This document shows, in pieces, positions 17,747 to 27,641 of a stretch of 64,000 nucleotides of DNA. Both the position numbers and the translations under genes were made by a program. Where the stretch lies: assembly GCA_964348825.1 (NCBI GenBank), contig CAYGDX010000002.1, positions 15,489 through 79,488 on the forward strand. The letters run 5' to 3'. This DNA comes from an uncultured Gammaproteobacteria bacterium (GTDB taxonomy: Bacteria > Patescibacteriota > Patescibacteriia > Veblenbacterales > UBA10138). Below the pieces are notes generated by a model that searched no databases, was not told where the DNA came from, and was given only the letters and a program-made list of their open reading frames with translations. Numbering within the stretch: the stretch's first letter is position 1; each line of letters opens with the position of its first letter.

Positions 17747-19951
17747 TTATCCTTTAGTGATCTTTTCAAGTTTACACTTCGGACAAGTGTATTTCGAATT
17801 AGTTCTGTCATTTACGCTTGACTGCCACTCATGGGAACAATTTGGGCAATGCCAAGATATTTTAATTCTGGAGCCACAAGTCATTAAATCAGCCGAATAA
17901 CCTTGTTTATCATTTTTTTCTTTGTCCCAATATTTCATTAAAATGGGATATTTTTCTTTTACAGACCCTCGATTTTTTAAGATCGTCTTTTTATAGGTAT
18001 CAGTTGATTTTTTTATACCACATAGCGGGCAACTACTTAAATTTCCTGTGGTTCTGTTTGCAATAGCTGTATTCCAAGAATGACCGCAAGTTTTACAAAT
18101 CCACCAAACTTTAATTTTACTGCCCGAATGAATTGTATAAGGATCAATATCTTTGTTTTTTTGAAAATCCCATTCTTTCATCAATTGCGAATTTTGATTT
18201 GCAATACTTTGACAAAATGGACACGTACCTTCACCTTTGCTTCTACTTTTGATAGTTGCTTCCCATTTGTGTCCTTTTATACATTTCCACCCTACTCGTT
18301 TTGAACTTCCTGGCGGATACTCCGTGGGTTCTTTTTTGTTTACCTCATAATCCCATTCTTTTAATAATTCAGGATGTTTATTTGCGAAAGTTCCAGTCTT
18401 TTTTATTCGTATCCCAGTTGCCCTTTCACTTCTATTGTTATTCATACAAATTGGACAACCATAGCCCTTTCCAGTTCTACTTCCAACAGAAGCTATCCAA
18501 CTATGACCAATTAGACACTTCCAATTAATCTTTAAAGAGCTCCCAGCGGAAATTTTATTAGGACTATATGTGTTCATTTCGTAATCCCATTCTCTTAACA
18601 TTTCTGGATGGCTCTGTGCGAATGAAATTCCCTTTTTTGTCAGCAATGATTTTCTCAAATTATTTCCTGCGTTGTCTCTATAGCAAATAGGGCAACCGGA
18701 GTTTCTTTTATGTCTATTTTTTATTGATGCCTCCCAAATATGTCCAAGTTTACATTTCCAATAAACTTTTTTCTCTGAATTTGCAGTAAACATATCCGGA
18801 GTCAGTGGATTGTTTTTTGCAAAATCCCACTCTTTAGCTAGTTCAGGATTAATAAATAGTAAACTTTCTTTCTCTGTTGGTGCTGGTAATAAAGATAAGG
18901 TTTTTTTGAATTCATTTTCTCCTATTTGAATTCTATCTAAAATATATTTATCAAATTTAAGTTTTGGATTAATTTTAGAAATAATTTTTAATACACCGAT
19001 CACTAAGTCAATATATTGAGTTTTTTTATCGTAGAGAACAACATCACCATCTATTTTGGGTAACAAAGAATCTCTAACTCTAATTAGATAAATATTGTTG
19101 TCCTTAAAAATTTTATGTTTTATTAAATCTCTTTCAAGTTTATTGTCGTGCCAATATGCACCATCGATTTCAATCCCAAAACCGTCATTTTTTAAAAGGA
19201 TGTCACATTCGTACCCTTCAATTTTTGACCTCCATTTAACATTTTTGAAAAGTTTACTCATTTCGCAAAGAATAAACACCTCTAATTTTGATGTTGAAGA
19301 TTTACAAAAAGGACAACCGCTATTATTTCCAGTTCTGTTATATATTTGGGCTTCCCATGTATGCCCAAATTTACATTTCCAAAAAGCATTTAAATTACTA
19401 TTAGGTGAAATATCATTGGGGTCTATTTTATTTTTAGCATAATCCCACTCAGTTAATAATTCTGGATGTTTTTTAAATAGAATTACTCCTGTTTTTTCTA
19501 ATCTAGCCTTCCTTATTCTTGCACCCTGATTTGTCCTAGAACATATAGGGCAACCATCGCCTCTAGATCTTCTTTGTGGGGTAGATTGCCACTCATGATC
19601 TTCTTTACATTTAAACCAAAAAAGTAAATGACTTTTCTCCGAGACACTTTCTGGTCTTAGATTGTTTTTAAAATAATTCCATTCAGATAATAGTTCTGGT
19701 TTTGCTTGAGCAAAAGAGAGTCCTTTCTTTAACTTACTTTTTCTTATATTTTCATTTTTTATTGGACTGTTGCATATTTTGCATCCATTACTTCTAATTC
19801 GACTAAAAAACGATACATGGTACGTATGTTCCTTTTTACATTTCCACCAAATCTTCTTTGTGCTTGTTTTGGATAGAATAGAAGGGTTAATACCAATATT
19901 TTTTGAATGGTCAAAGTCCTTTAAAATTTTTGAAAAATCTTGTTTTTCCAT
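17747..19951 (-). CDS. multi-zinc-ribbon (DUF4379-like W-C-GH-W-GCP-C repeats) protein with central DUF559/Vsr-like endonuclease domain
   Basis: 734 aa. About 10 repeats of the pattern (H)PEL..EWDY.KN ... W.C..GH.W ... GCP.C. A central block, YECDILLKNDGFGIEIDGAYWHDN ... RD ... IRVRD, matches the DUF559/very-short-patch-repair PD-(D/E)xK fold. Confidence 0.6.
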   Translation of the reverse strand: MEKQDFSKILKDFDHSKNIGINPSILSKTSTKKIWWKCKKEHTYHVSFFSRIRSNGCKICNSPIKNENIRKSKLKKGLSFAQAKPELLSEWNYFKNNLRPESVSEKSHLLFWFKCKEDHEWQSTPQRRSRGDGCPICSRTNQGARIRKARLEKTGVILFKKHPELLTEWDYAKNKIDPNDISPNSNLNAFWKCKFGHTWEAQIYNRTGNNSGCPFCKSSTSKLEVFILCEMSKLFKNVKWRSKIEGYECDILLKNDGFGIEIDGAYWHDNKLERDLIKHKIFKDNNIYLIRVRDSLLPKIDGDVVLYDKKTQYIDLVIGVLKIISKINPKLKFDKYILDRIQIGENEFKKTLSLLPAPTEKESLLFINPELAKEWDFAKNNPLTPDMFTANSEKKVYWKCKLGHIWEASIKNRHKRNSGCPICYRDNAGNNLRKSLLTKKGISFAQSHPEMLREWDYEMNTYSPNKISAGSSLKINWKCLIGHSWIASVGSRTGKGYGCPICMNNNRSERATGIRIKKTGTFANKHPELLKEWDYEVNKKEPTEYPPGSSKRVGWKCIKGHKWEATIKSRSKGEGTCPFCQSIANQNSQLMKEWDFQKNKDIDPYTIHSGSKIKVWWICKTCGHSWNTAIANRTTGNLSSCPLCGIKKSTDTYKKTILKNRGSVKEKYPILMKYWDKEKNDKQGYSADLMTCGSRIKISWHCPNCSHEWQSSVNDRTNSKYTCPKCKLEKITKG

Positions 19952-20210
19952 GTTTTTACTTTAAATAAATCGTTTTCGTAGTGGAGCGGAGAAAACACCT
20001 TATACCCCTCTTTAATTAATGAAAAAGAAATTTGAAGATTTTTTAAAATAATCGAGCGATAGCCCAGAAAAGGAATATTCCAGCTAACTCGTTTGTATGC
20101 GAGTAGATTAATGTTTAATGTTATTAAATTATATATTATGCGAATATAAAGTATTGTAAATATAATTTAATTGACTTTAATATAGCATATTTAAGTAAAA
20201 AAAATAACTA

Positions 20211-21215
20211 CTACTTAGGCACTAAATTCGTCGGCTGATCCGAGACAAACCCGTTAATATTTTCCACCGTAGTTTGTAAAATTCGCTCCACCGCCTCGCG
20301 ACTATTAAAAGCAATATGCGGAGTAATAATTACATCATCACGATCAATCAACATATGATTGCGCGCTAAAGTTTCCCAATTACACTTCTCTGGTAACAAC
20401 TTACTCATTAATTCCCTTTCCTCTTTAATTGTACACTCATCTTCCAAAACATCGAGGCCAGCACCTAAGAGAGTTTTGTTTTCTAAGGCCTGAAGTAGTG
20501 CTTTGGTATCTATAATTGCTCCACGCGCAGTATTAATTAAAAATGCACCTTTCTTAAATAATTTAAATTTGGCCTCATTTAAAAGATGATGCGTGGCTTC
20601 CATATATGGTACATGTACGGAGACAATATCAGATTTTGAAAGCAACTCATCCAGTGGTAAGTAAGTAAAACCAATTTTTTCGGCGAGTTCTGGTTTTGGC
20701 ATACTATCATAAACTAAAACATTCATTTGAAAGCCGCGCGCAATTTGTGCTACATTTTGCCCAATTCGCCCACCACCAATTATACCCAAAGTTTTACCCT
20801 GTAAATCAAAACCCATTAAGCCGTGATAATCAAAGATACCTTTTTCAGTACGCTCATAGGCCTGAAATATTTTGCGGGAGAGTGACAAAATTAAAGCAAA
20901 AGTATGCTCCGCCACAGTTCGCTCGCCATAAGCTGGTACATAACTAACGGCAATGCCACGCTTCTCACAAGCCGCTACATCTATATGATTAAAGCCCATT
21001 GAACGAGTGGTAATAAATTTTAAACCTGGTAGTTTGGCGAGCATTAATTCATTAACTTCTGAATAAACAAAAAGCACCAAAGTGTCGTAACCTGCCGCCT
21101 CTTCAATATGCTCTAAATTCAAAGCATGATCATAAAATTTTAATTCATGACCAGATAGTTGAGAAATTAAATAATCTTTTTCAAAATGTTCAACTTCAAA
21201 AATTGCTATTTTCAT
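20211..21215 (-). CDS. D-isomer-specific 2-hydroxyacid dehydrogenase (LdhA/PGDH-like)
   Basis: 334 aa. NAD-binding Rossmann motif GIIGGGRIGQNVA and the catalytic R/E/H arrangement of this family. Confidence 0.75.
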   Translation of the reverse strand: MKIAIFEVEHFEKDYLISQLSGHELKFYDHALNLEHIEEAAGYDTLVLFVYSEVNELMLAKLPGLKFITTRSMGFNHIDVAACEKRGIAVSYVPAYGERTVAEHTFALILSLSRKIFQAYERTEKGIFDYHGLMGFDLQGKTLGIIGGGRIGQNVAQIARGFQMNVLVYDSMPKPELAEKIGFTYLPLDELLSKSDIVSVHVPYMEATHHLLNEAKFKLFKKGAFLINTARGAIIDTKALLQALENKTLLGAGLDVLEDECTIKEERELMSKLLPEKCNWETLARNHMLIDRDDVIITPHIAFNSREAVERILQTTVENINGFVSDQPTNLVPK

Positions 21216-21723
21216 TATATTTTACTTTAATTAAAATTAAACTCACAGCTAAAGCAACTAGGAAAAATGCTGAACCGGCAAAACAAGGGGTGGCAAACGG
21301 ATTAGTCATTAAAAGTCCGGAACATCCTACGCCCGGAGTGCTACCGCGAAACCAAAATGGAATAGCAGTATAAAAAAAGTTGCCCCAAGCAAATAAAGTA
21401 CTCGCAATAAGTAACCAATTTAATCTTGATTGTTGTTTCTTTTGCTCACTTTGATTAACTAAACGCAAAATATAAATTGACCACACAAGCGCCACTACAA
21501 AAGCAAACGCTCCCCAAAAACAAGGTGTGGTCACTGGATTGGGTAGCGCACAATCTTTAATTTTAAACACCGTACCCTCAATACCATAAAACCGAACAAA
21601 ATCAGTGTACACGGTAAACCAAGCAAAAATACTACCACCTAAAAGAATTATTGTTTGCGTGTAAAGAAGTTTTTTGAACATAAAATGATATTTAATTCCC
21701 AAATCCCAAGACTCAATCCCCAA
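21196..21723 (-). CDS. hypothetical membrane protein
   Basis: 175 aa with 4 TM helices. Overlaps the next gene by about 20 nt; the start may be the internal Met (MFKKLLYT). Confidence 0.4.
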   Translation of the reverse strand: MGIESWDLGIKYHFMFKKLLYTQTIILLGGSIFAWFTVYTDFVRFYGIEGTVFKIKDCALPNPVTTPCFWGAFAFVVALVWSIYILRLVNQSEQKKQQSRLNWLLIASTLFAWGNFFYTAIPFWFRGSTPGVGCSGLLMTNPFATPCFAGSAFFLVALAVSLILIKVKYNENSNF

Positions 21724-21886
21724 GTAGCACTAAAACATGGTTACTAAATTTTGGGAATTAGACATTAAGATTTAAGATTTTTAGAAATTATAAATTAATC
21801 ATTAGTGATTTTGTGAGAGATTGCCACGCTCGCCCTTTTAGGCTTCGCTCGCAATGACGTGCTACGTACTAAAAGTTAAAATACTC

Positions 21887-22396
21887 TTACTCCAACCATT
21901 TCCACTTTTTAACCAACCCCAACTCCTTCCACCACTTCCCTAGCCCACACCGTTCACCTGCGCCCGATGCTCCTAATCCAATCAACACTAAAGCATAAAT
22001 AATATGTTCATCAAACAGTGGATTATTTTTTGGTGGTAATGATAATGCACTGTACATCAAAATCATCATCAATGCTCCAATATAACCCGCCAGTCGCATA
22101 GCCACGCCCAAAATAAGTGCTGTGCCAACAAAGGCTAAACCAATCATAAACAACCAATCAATTACTACACTTCCTGAAAGTGCCTTAAAAAATGAAACAC
22201 CCGCACCTGAGGTTGCAAATTGTAAAAATGAGGCAGTTGGCGAAACGCCAACTAACCACGATTTTTCCGCTACTGTCGCAAATCCTAAACCAAATAATTT
22301 ATCTAGAAATGCCCAAAGAAATATAAATCCCAAAACAAAACGTAAAGAAGTCCAAATTTTTTGTTCAGTTGAATACAACATATGGCTACCAAACAT
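21887..22396 (-). CDS. DoxX-family membrane protein
   Basis: 169 aa. RFVLGFIFLWAFLDKLF matches the N-terminal helix of DoxX. Confidence 0.6.
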   Translation of the reverse strand: MFGSHMLYSTEQKIWTSLRFVLGFIFLWAFLDKLFGLGFATVAEKSWLVGVSPTASFLQFATSGAGVSFFKALSGSVVIDWLFMIGLAFVGTALILGVAMRLAGYIGALMMILMYSALSLPPKNNPLFDEHIIYALVLIGLGASGAGERCGLGKWWKELGLVKKWKWLE

Positions 22397-22599
22397 TAAT
22401 TCTGTAAAACTTTTTTTCGTTCTTGATATTCTTTAGCACTAATTTCACCTTTCGCAAAACGTTGACGCAAAATTCTTATTGCTTCACCGCCATCATTTGG
22501 TGTACCACTTTTATTAAACGAATTAAACAAAGCCATTACACCTAAAATTAATAACCCCCAAAACAAAATCATAAAAATAAAACCAAAACCATACATCAT
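22396..22599 (-). CDS. small membrane protein with C-terminal SHOCT domain
   Basis: The C-terminus AKGEISAKEYQERKKVL is a SHOCT signature. The track ORF (to 22659) extends across a perfect palindrome; the start is set here at the internal MMYGFGF. Confidence 0.5.
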   Translation of the reverse strand: MMYGFGFIFMILFWGLLILGVMALFNSFNKSGTPNDGGEAIRILRQRFAKGEISAKEYQERKKVLQN

Positions 22600-22813
22600 A
22601 TTTGAAAATCCTTTATTTCTTTCCAGACCAGAGGTCTGGAAAAATATTAATAATTTCATCCGCCGAAGCCACCGATTAGTTATGGCTGAACAATTTTAAA
22701 TTGTAGACTAATTTTGTTCATTAACTAATATCAGTCGCGGGCGGAGGAGGAAAACCTCCTTTATTTTTCTAAATTTAAAATCTAGAAAAATTTTAATAAT
22801 CTAACATACTTAA

Positions 22814-24997
22814 TTATAGTTTAAATCGTTTGAGACGTAAACTGTTGCTAACGACACTAACACTTGATAAAGCCATCGCACCTGCGGCAATAATCGGATT
22901 TAAAAATCCAAGCGCCGCGAGTGGCACGGCCGCTAAATTATAAACAAAGGCCCAAAATAAATTTTGTTTGATAATCCGAAATGTCTTTTTAGTTAAATAC
23001 AGCGCTTCGAGTACTTTAAGTGGACTGCCTTGCATTAGCACCATACCGCCGGCCTCAATCGCAATATCAGTACCAGTACCCATCGCGAGGCCTAAATCAG
23101 CTTGTACCAAAGCGGGCGCATCATTTATACCATCGCCCACAAAGGCAACTTTTAAATTTTCGGCTTGTATTTTTGCCACTGCCGCGGCCTTCCCTGCTGG
23201 TAAAATTTCAGCTAAGACTTCGGTAATACCAAGTTGCTTGGCAATGGCTTGACCAGTGCGCAAATTATCACCAGTCATCATTACCACCCGAATATTTTTT
23301 TTCTGCAAGGCGGCAATGGTAGCAATTGAATCATTTTTAATGGCATCAGCAATCGCAATCAAGCCCATCAATTTATTATCTTTTGCTACACCCACCACGG
23401 TTTTAGCTTCGGCTTCAAGCTGTCCAGTTGCGCCCTCAACATTCCCCAACACCACACCTTCATTTTTTAACCAACGTAAATTTCCCACTCTGATTTTCTT
23501 ATCACGAAGCAACGCACTTACGCCTTGACCAGAAATATTAATAAAGGATGACACTGTTTCACTTGCCAAATTTAAACTCTCGGCTTTATTTGCTACCGCT
23601 TGTGCTAAAGGATGCTCAGATAATTTTTCTAGAGCGTAGGCTAATTTTAAAACCGCTTCAATTTGGTAATCTGCTTGGGGCACAATATCAGTTACGATTG
23701 GTTTGCCTTGCGTTAAAGTGCCAGTTTTATCAAAAATCACAGCTTGAATTTTACTGCCTCGTTCTAAACTTTCAGCATTTTTAATTAATACACCGCGCTT
23801 TGCGCCAGTGCCAGTTGCCACCATAATAGCAGTTGGTGTGGCCAAACCTAAAGCACACGGACAAGCAATTACCAGTACCGCCACCGCCGACATTAAACCT
23901 TGATTTAAGTCACCGGTTGTAAAATACCAAACCGCTACTGTAGCCGCCGCGATTACCAAAATAATCGGCACAAAAATTCCGGAAATTTTATCAGCCAATT
24001 TTTGAATGGGCGCTTTTTTAGTTTGCGCTTCACTTACTACTTTTACAATTTGCGCCAGTACTGTGCCTTCGCCAACTTTTGTTACGATAATTGTAAGCAC
24101 TCCATTGATATTTAAAGTGGCACCAAAAATTTCATCACCTATTTTCTTACCCACTGGCAAACTTTCACCAGTTAACATTGATTCATCGACACTTGACTCG
24201 CCACTTAACACCTTGCCATCAATTGGAATTTTTTCACCGGGCTTAATTAATAATTTATCACCAATCATAACTTCCTCAATCGGCACTTGTTCTTCCTGAC
24301 CTTGTGCATTTATTCGCCGAGCGGTTTTGGCACCAAGTTCTAATAATTTTTTAATCGCCGCACTGGCTCGCCCCTTACTTTTAGCTTCTAAATAGCGGCC
24401 AAGTAAAATAAAGGCGGTGATAATTGCGCCGGTCTCAAAATATAATTCCATCCCACTATCAAACAATATCCACCAACTATAAAAAAACGCTGCTAAAGTT
24501 CCCAGTGAAATTAGCGTATCCATATTGGCACTAAAGTAGCGTAAACGCTTAAGTAGTCCTAAGTGAAATTCTAAACCAGTAACTATAATTACTACACTTC
24601 CTAAAATTGCTTGTAGCCACAAAGATAAATCGCGCTCCCAAAAATTCCAACCCAATTTAATTTCCGCCATAGCCAACACCGCTACCGGCACAGCTAAAAT
24701 TAAAGCGGTAATGGCTTTGTTTTTAATCGCTAAAATTTCCGCTTCATCTGCCGCATGATTATGCTCATCGTGTTCTCCGTGTTCAGTGTGTACTGCAACC
24801 TTGTAACCATTTTTAATCACTGCTTGATGTAATTCGTGTTCAGAAATTTTTGTATCATCAAATTCCACTTGGGCTTTATTTAAGGCTAAATTCACTACCG
24901 CTTCGGTAACACCCGGTAAACTATTTAGACTTTTTTCATTACGCACTGCACACGAAGCACAATGCATACCTTGAATATTAAAAGTAATTGATTTCAT
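22814..24997 (-). CDS. copA: copper-translocating P-type ATPase
   Basis: 727 aa. N-terminal HMA motif GMHCASC, a CPC motif in TM6 (ACPCALG), DKTGTLT, and GDGINDAP. Confidence 0.9.
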   Translation of the reverse strand: MKSITFNIQGMHCASCAVRNEKSLNSLPGVTEAVVNLALNKAQVEFDDTKISEHELHQAVIKNGYKVAVHTEHGEHDEHNHAADEAEILAIKNKAITALILAVPVAVLAMAEIKLGWNFWERDLSLWLQAILGSVVIIVTGLEFHLGLLKRLRYFSANMDTLISLGTLAAFFYSWWILFDSGMELYFETGAIITAFILLGRYLEAKSKGRASAAIKKLLELGAKTARRINAQGQEEQVPIEEVMIGDKLLIKPGEKIPIDGKVLSGESSVDESMLTGESLPVGKKIGDEIFGATLNINGVLTIIVTKVGEGTVLAQIVKVVSEAQTKKAPIQKLADKISGIFVPIILVIAAATVAVWYFTTGDLNQGLMSAVAVLVIACPCALGLATPTAIMVATGTGAKRGVLIKNAESLERGSKIQAVIFDKTGTLTQGKPIVTDIVPQADYQIEAVLKLAYALEKLSEHPLAQAVANKAESLNLASETVSSFINISGQGVSALLRDKKIRVGNLRWLKNEGVVLGNVEGATGQLEAEAKTVVGVAKDNKLMGLIAIADAIKNDSIATIAALQKKNIRVVMMTGDNLRTGQAIAKQLGITEVLAEILPAGKAAAVAKIQAENLKVAFVGDGINDAPALVQADLGLAMGTGTDIAIEAGGMVLMQGSPLKVLEALYLTKKTFRIIKQNLFWAFVYNLAAVPLAALGFLNPIIAAGAMALSSVSVVSNSLRLKRFKL

Positions 24998-25044
24998 ATA
25001 AAAATACTTATTTGCTAATTTCGTTAAATTAACAAATAATAAAA

Positions 25045-25320
25045 TTAGACTCGATTGGATTGCTGGTAAATTTTCACAAGCTCCATGGTGGCAAGTTTTG
25101 CACCATCTTTTTTATGAAATTGATGCGCCACATGAGTTTTTAAATGATTTTCAAGTAACAAGCGTTCTAAACTTTTAAGCGCCTCACGCATGGCGAAAGA
25201 TTGCTCGAGTAGTTTGGTACAATAATCCTCGCGTTCAATGGCGCGGCTCAGGCCATCCAACTGACCTCGAATTATTTTCGCGCGATGAAGTGCACGTTTT
25301 TTGATTTTTTGGTCAACCAT
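25045..25320 (-). CDS. csoR: CsoR/RcnR-family metal-sensing transcriptional repressor
   Basis: 91 aa. [28 protein letters not shown] shows the DUF156 layout with the Cys and His ligand positions. Sits directly upstream of copA, co-directional. Confidence 0.8.
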   Translation of the reverse strand: MVDQKIKKRALHRAKIIRGQLDGLSRAIEREDYCTKLLEQSFAMREALKSLERLLLENHLKTHVAHQFHKKDGAKLATMELVKIYQQSNRV

Positions 25321-25925
25321 AAATGTTAAGTTAAGAGTAAGAGCAAAGAGTAAGAGTTAATTTTAAATCCGAAGCACTAAATACGAAATCCGAAAATTTA
25401 GAATTTCGATATTCGCCTGCCTGCCGGCGAGGCAGGGATTTGGGATTTTTGTTATATACCCATTACCCCTATATCCTATTATAAGAAATACGACAAAAAT
25501 TGTCAAATGGGGTATCCACTTAAGCAACTAACCGATAATAAATATTAATCCTAGCAACGAGATAGCCGCCACGCCTGAAGCCACTCCAAACCAAAAAGTG
25601 AGTACGGGTGAGGCCTGAAGCCACCAACTCCCCTCATTTGAGGACGTGGGAGTATTATCAAAGTCGGGATCAAAAGTAATATGGGACATAATTAATTAAA
25701 ATCACTAATGACTAATATCTAATTTCTAAAAATCACCAAAACCTAAATCACAATTACTAAAATTAGTTATTAGACATTTTTAGAAATTAGTGATTAGAGA
25801 TTAGAAATTAAAACTCCTCTAAACTCCCGCCTTCCTCCTTCGCCAGAGGCTTCGGAAGGACAAGCCGCGGGAATGACCCCACTTCGCTTTTAGCTACGCG
25901 GGGCAAGCAACTACGCGCTACTAAC

Positions 25926-27563
25926 TTAACTTTTCGCCACCACTACTATCTGCCCTCGGTACATTCCCATTCCACAACTAAAAGTATAGCTCCCCTGTGC
26001 TTCGGGTGTAAAGGTTACTACATTATCATCTGTTGGGCGCAAAAATACTGGTTTCACTCCCAGTCGTGGCGCTTGTAAAACTGTTACGCAACCTTGTGCT
26101 CCGCGCGCATCTATCTCCCACCGCGCTGGCACACCCACTTGCAGTGTAAAAGAATCAGGCGCATAACCACCAGTAAACACTTTCATCTTCATTACTTGCT
26201 CACGACCATTAAAAGTTACATTGGAATCTTGAGCTGAGTCGGCCTGACTGGTTGACCAAAGCGCTGATAATTTTATTGGATAACCTAAAACTGTTAAACC
26301 ATTTTGAATATTCCATAGCCCGAGCACAAGTACAGTAGCACCAGCTAAACTAAAAAACCAATCACCTAATTTACCTTTGAGTGAGCCCGACACAAAACCA
26401 AGGGCGAGTAGTGCTGGTGCGGTACCCAAAGCAAAAACTCCCAAAATAACACCACTAGTTAAAGCGCTGCCAGTTGTTAGCGCATAAAGTTGTAGAGCTT
26501 GCGTAAAACCACAAGGCAAAAAGAAAGTACCGCCACCTAAAACAAACGGCACATACCACTGCGGTTTTCCTTGCGCATCCATTAATTTATGACCAATATT
26601 TTTTGGTAAACGCGGAATTATTCGCTTTAACCATTGGGGCGCTAAATTTAACATTTCAAGTCCCATTACCAACATAAAAATTGCGGCGAGTAGTGTAATT
26701 AAACCAGTTACCCAAGGCGCGGGCGTTAAAATTTTACCAACTAAACCAATCACGGCGCCGAGTAATGTATAACCAACAATCCGCCCCGCAATAAATAATA
26801 GTACCGGTTGGAGTTGACGCAACTTACTCGCATTTTGATATTTAGCGCGAAATGTACCAATCGTAGAAAGCATCAACCCACCAGCTACTGCCAAACAACT
26901 GGAGCTCGCTGCTACCAACCCTAAAATAAATACCGCCATTAAACTAGTAGAATTAATCGCCCCAACCGCCGGACTAAGGAAACCAAGGCGCGATAAAAAT
27001 CGGCCAACTAACAAAACAATTACAAACAAGCCAACTAATTTCCAAAAACTTGGGCGAGTGGAAACTTTATCTGCTTGATTTGATTGTTGATTAATATGAA
27101 GCACTTTGTATTCACTCTCACCTAAAGATTGTTGTAATTCGCTGACTGATAACTCTGCACCACTGCAAGTAATTTTAGCACGGCCAGTACTAGAATTAAC
27201 GCTAACTTTTTCTACGCCCGGAAGCTCGCGCCAACAACGTTCTACTGTCAACTCACAACTCCGACAATGCATACCTTGAATTTGCACCTCAACTACTTGA
27301 TGTGATGGCTGACTTGGAGCTGACGCTGGCACTTCATTTTTCAACACTTCAAAACTTAAATTAAATTCTACAAAAAGTTTATGCAACACTTCGGTGGTAA
27401 TTTCGTGTTCAGAAATTAAACGCACTACATTTTTTCCACGATTAACATCTATTTTTACCACCTTAGGTAAATTACGTAAAATTACTTCTACTTTCGACCA
27501 AACGACATTATCCAACTCCCCATTTAAACGAATTTTCTTAAGATAAATTTGTTCTTGTGACAT
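25926..27563 (-). CDS. HMA-domain / polytopic membrane (CcdA/TauE-like) / C-terminal cupredoxin-like fusion protein (copper handling)
   Basis: 545 aa. HMA motif GMHCRSCELTV, about 8 TM helices, and a C-terminal beta-rich domain ending FSCGMGMYRGQIVV. Confidence 0.55.
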   Translation of the reverse strand: MSQEQIYLKKIRLNGELDNVVWSKVEVILRNLPKVVKIDVNRGKNVVRLISEHEITTEVLHKLFVEFNLSFEVLKNEVPASAPSQPSHQVVEVQIQGMHCRSCELTVERCWRELPGVEKVSVNSSTGRAKITCSGAELSVSELQQSLGESEYKVLHINQQSNQADKVSTRPSFWKLVGLFVIVLLVGRFLSRLGFLSPAVGAINSTSLMAVFILGLVAASSSCLAVAGGLMLSTIGTFRAKYQNASKLRQLQPVLLFIAGRIVGYTLLGAVIGLVGKILTPAPWVTGLITLLAAIFMLVMGLEMLNLAPQWLKRIIPRLPKNIGHKLMDAQGKPQWYVPFVLGGGTFFLPCGFTQALQLYALTTGSALTSGVILGVFALGTAPALLALGFVSGSLKGKLGDWFFSLAGATVLVLGLWNIQNGLTVLGYPIKLSALWSTSQADSAQDSNVTFNGREQVMKMKVFTGGYAPDSFTLQVGVPARWEIDARGAQGCVTVLQAPRLGVKPVFLRPTDDNVVTFTPEAQGSYTFSCGMGMYRGQIVVVAKS

Positions 27564-27641
27564 AGGTAATTACATTTTACAATAAAAAGTAAAATAACAA
27601 AAATACCACGACAAATTAAGCCGTGATTACACTAAAATATC

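Noticed and set aside
22700-22790. Hairpin GGAGG-AAAA-CCTCC plus T-run as terminator
   Set aside because: The T-run follows the hairpin only on the plus strand, where no gene ends. On the minus strand, downstream of copA, the hairpin is followed by GC-rich sequence.
22968-24299. Several plus-strand ORFs inside copA
   Set aside because: Antisense shadows of a clearly motif-supported gene.
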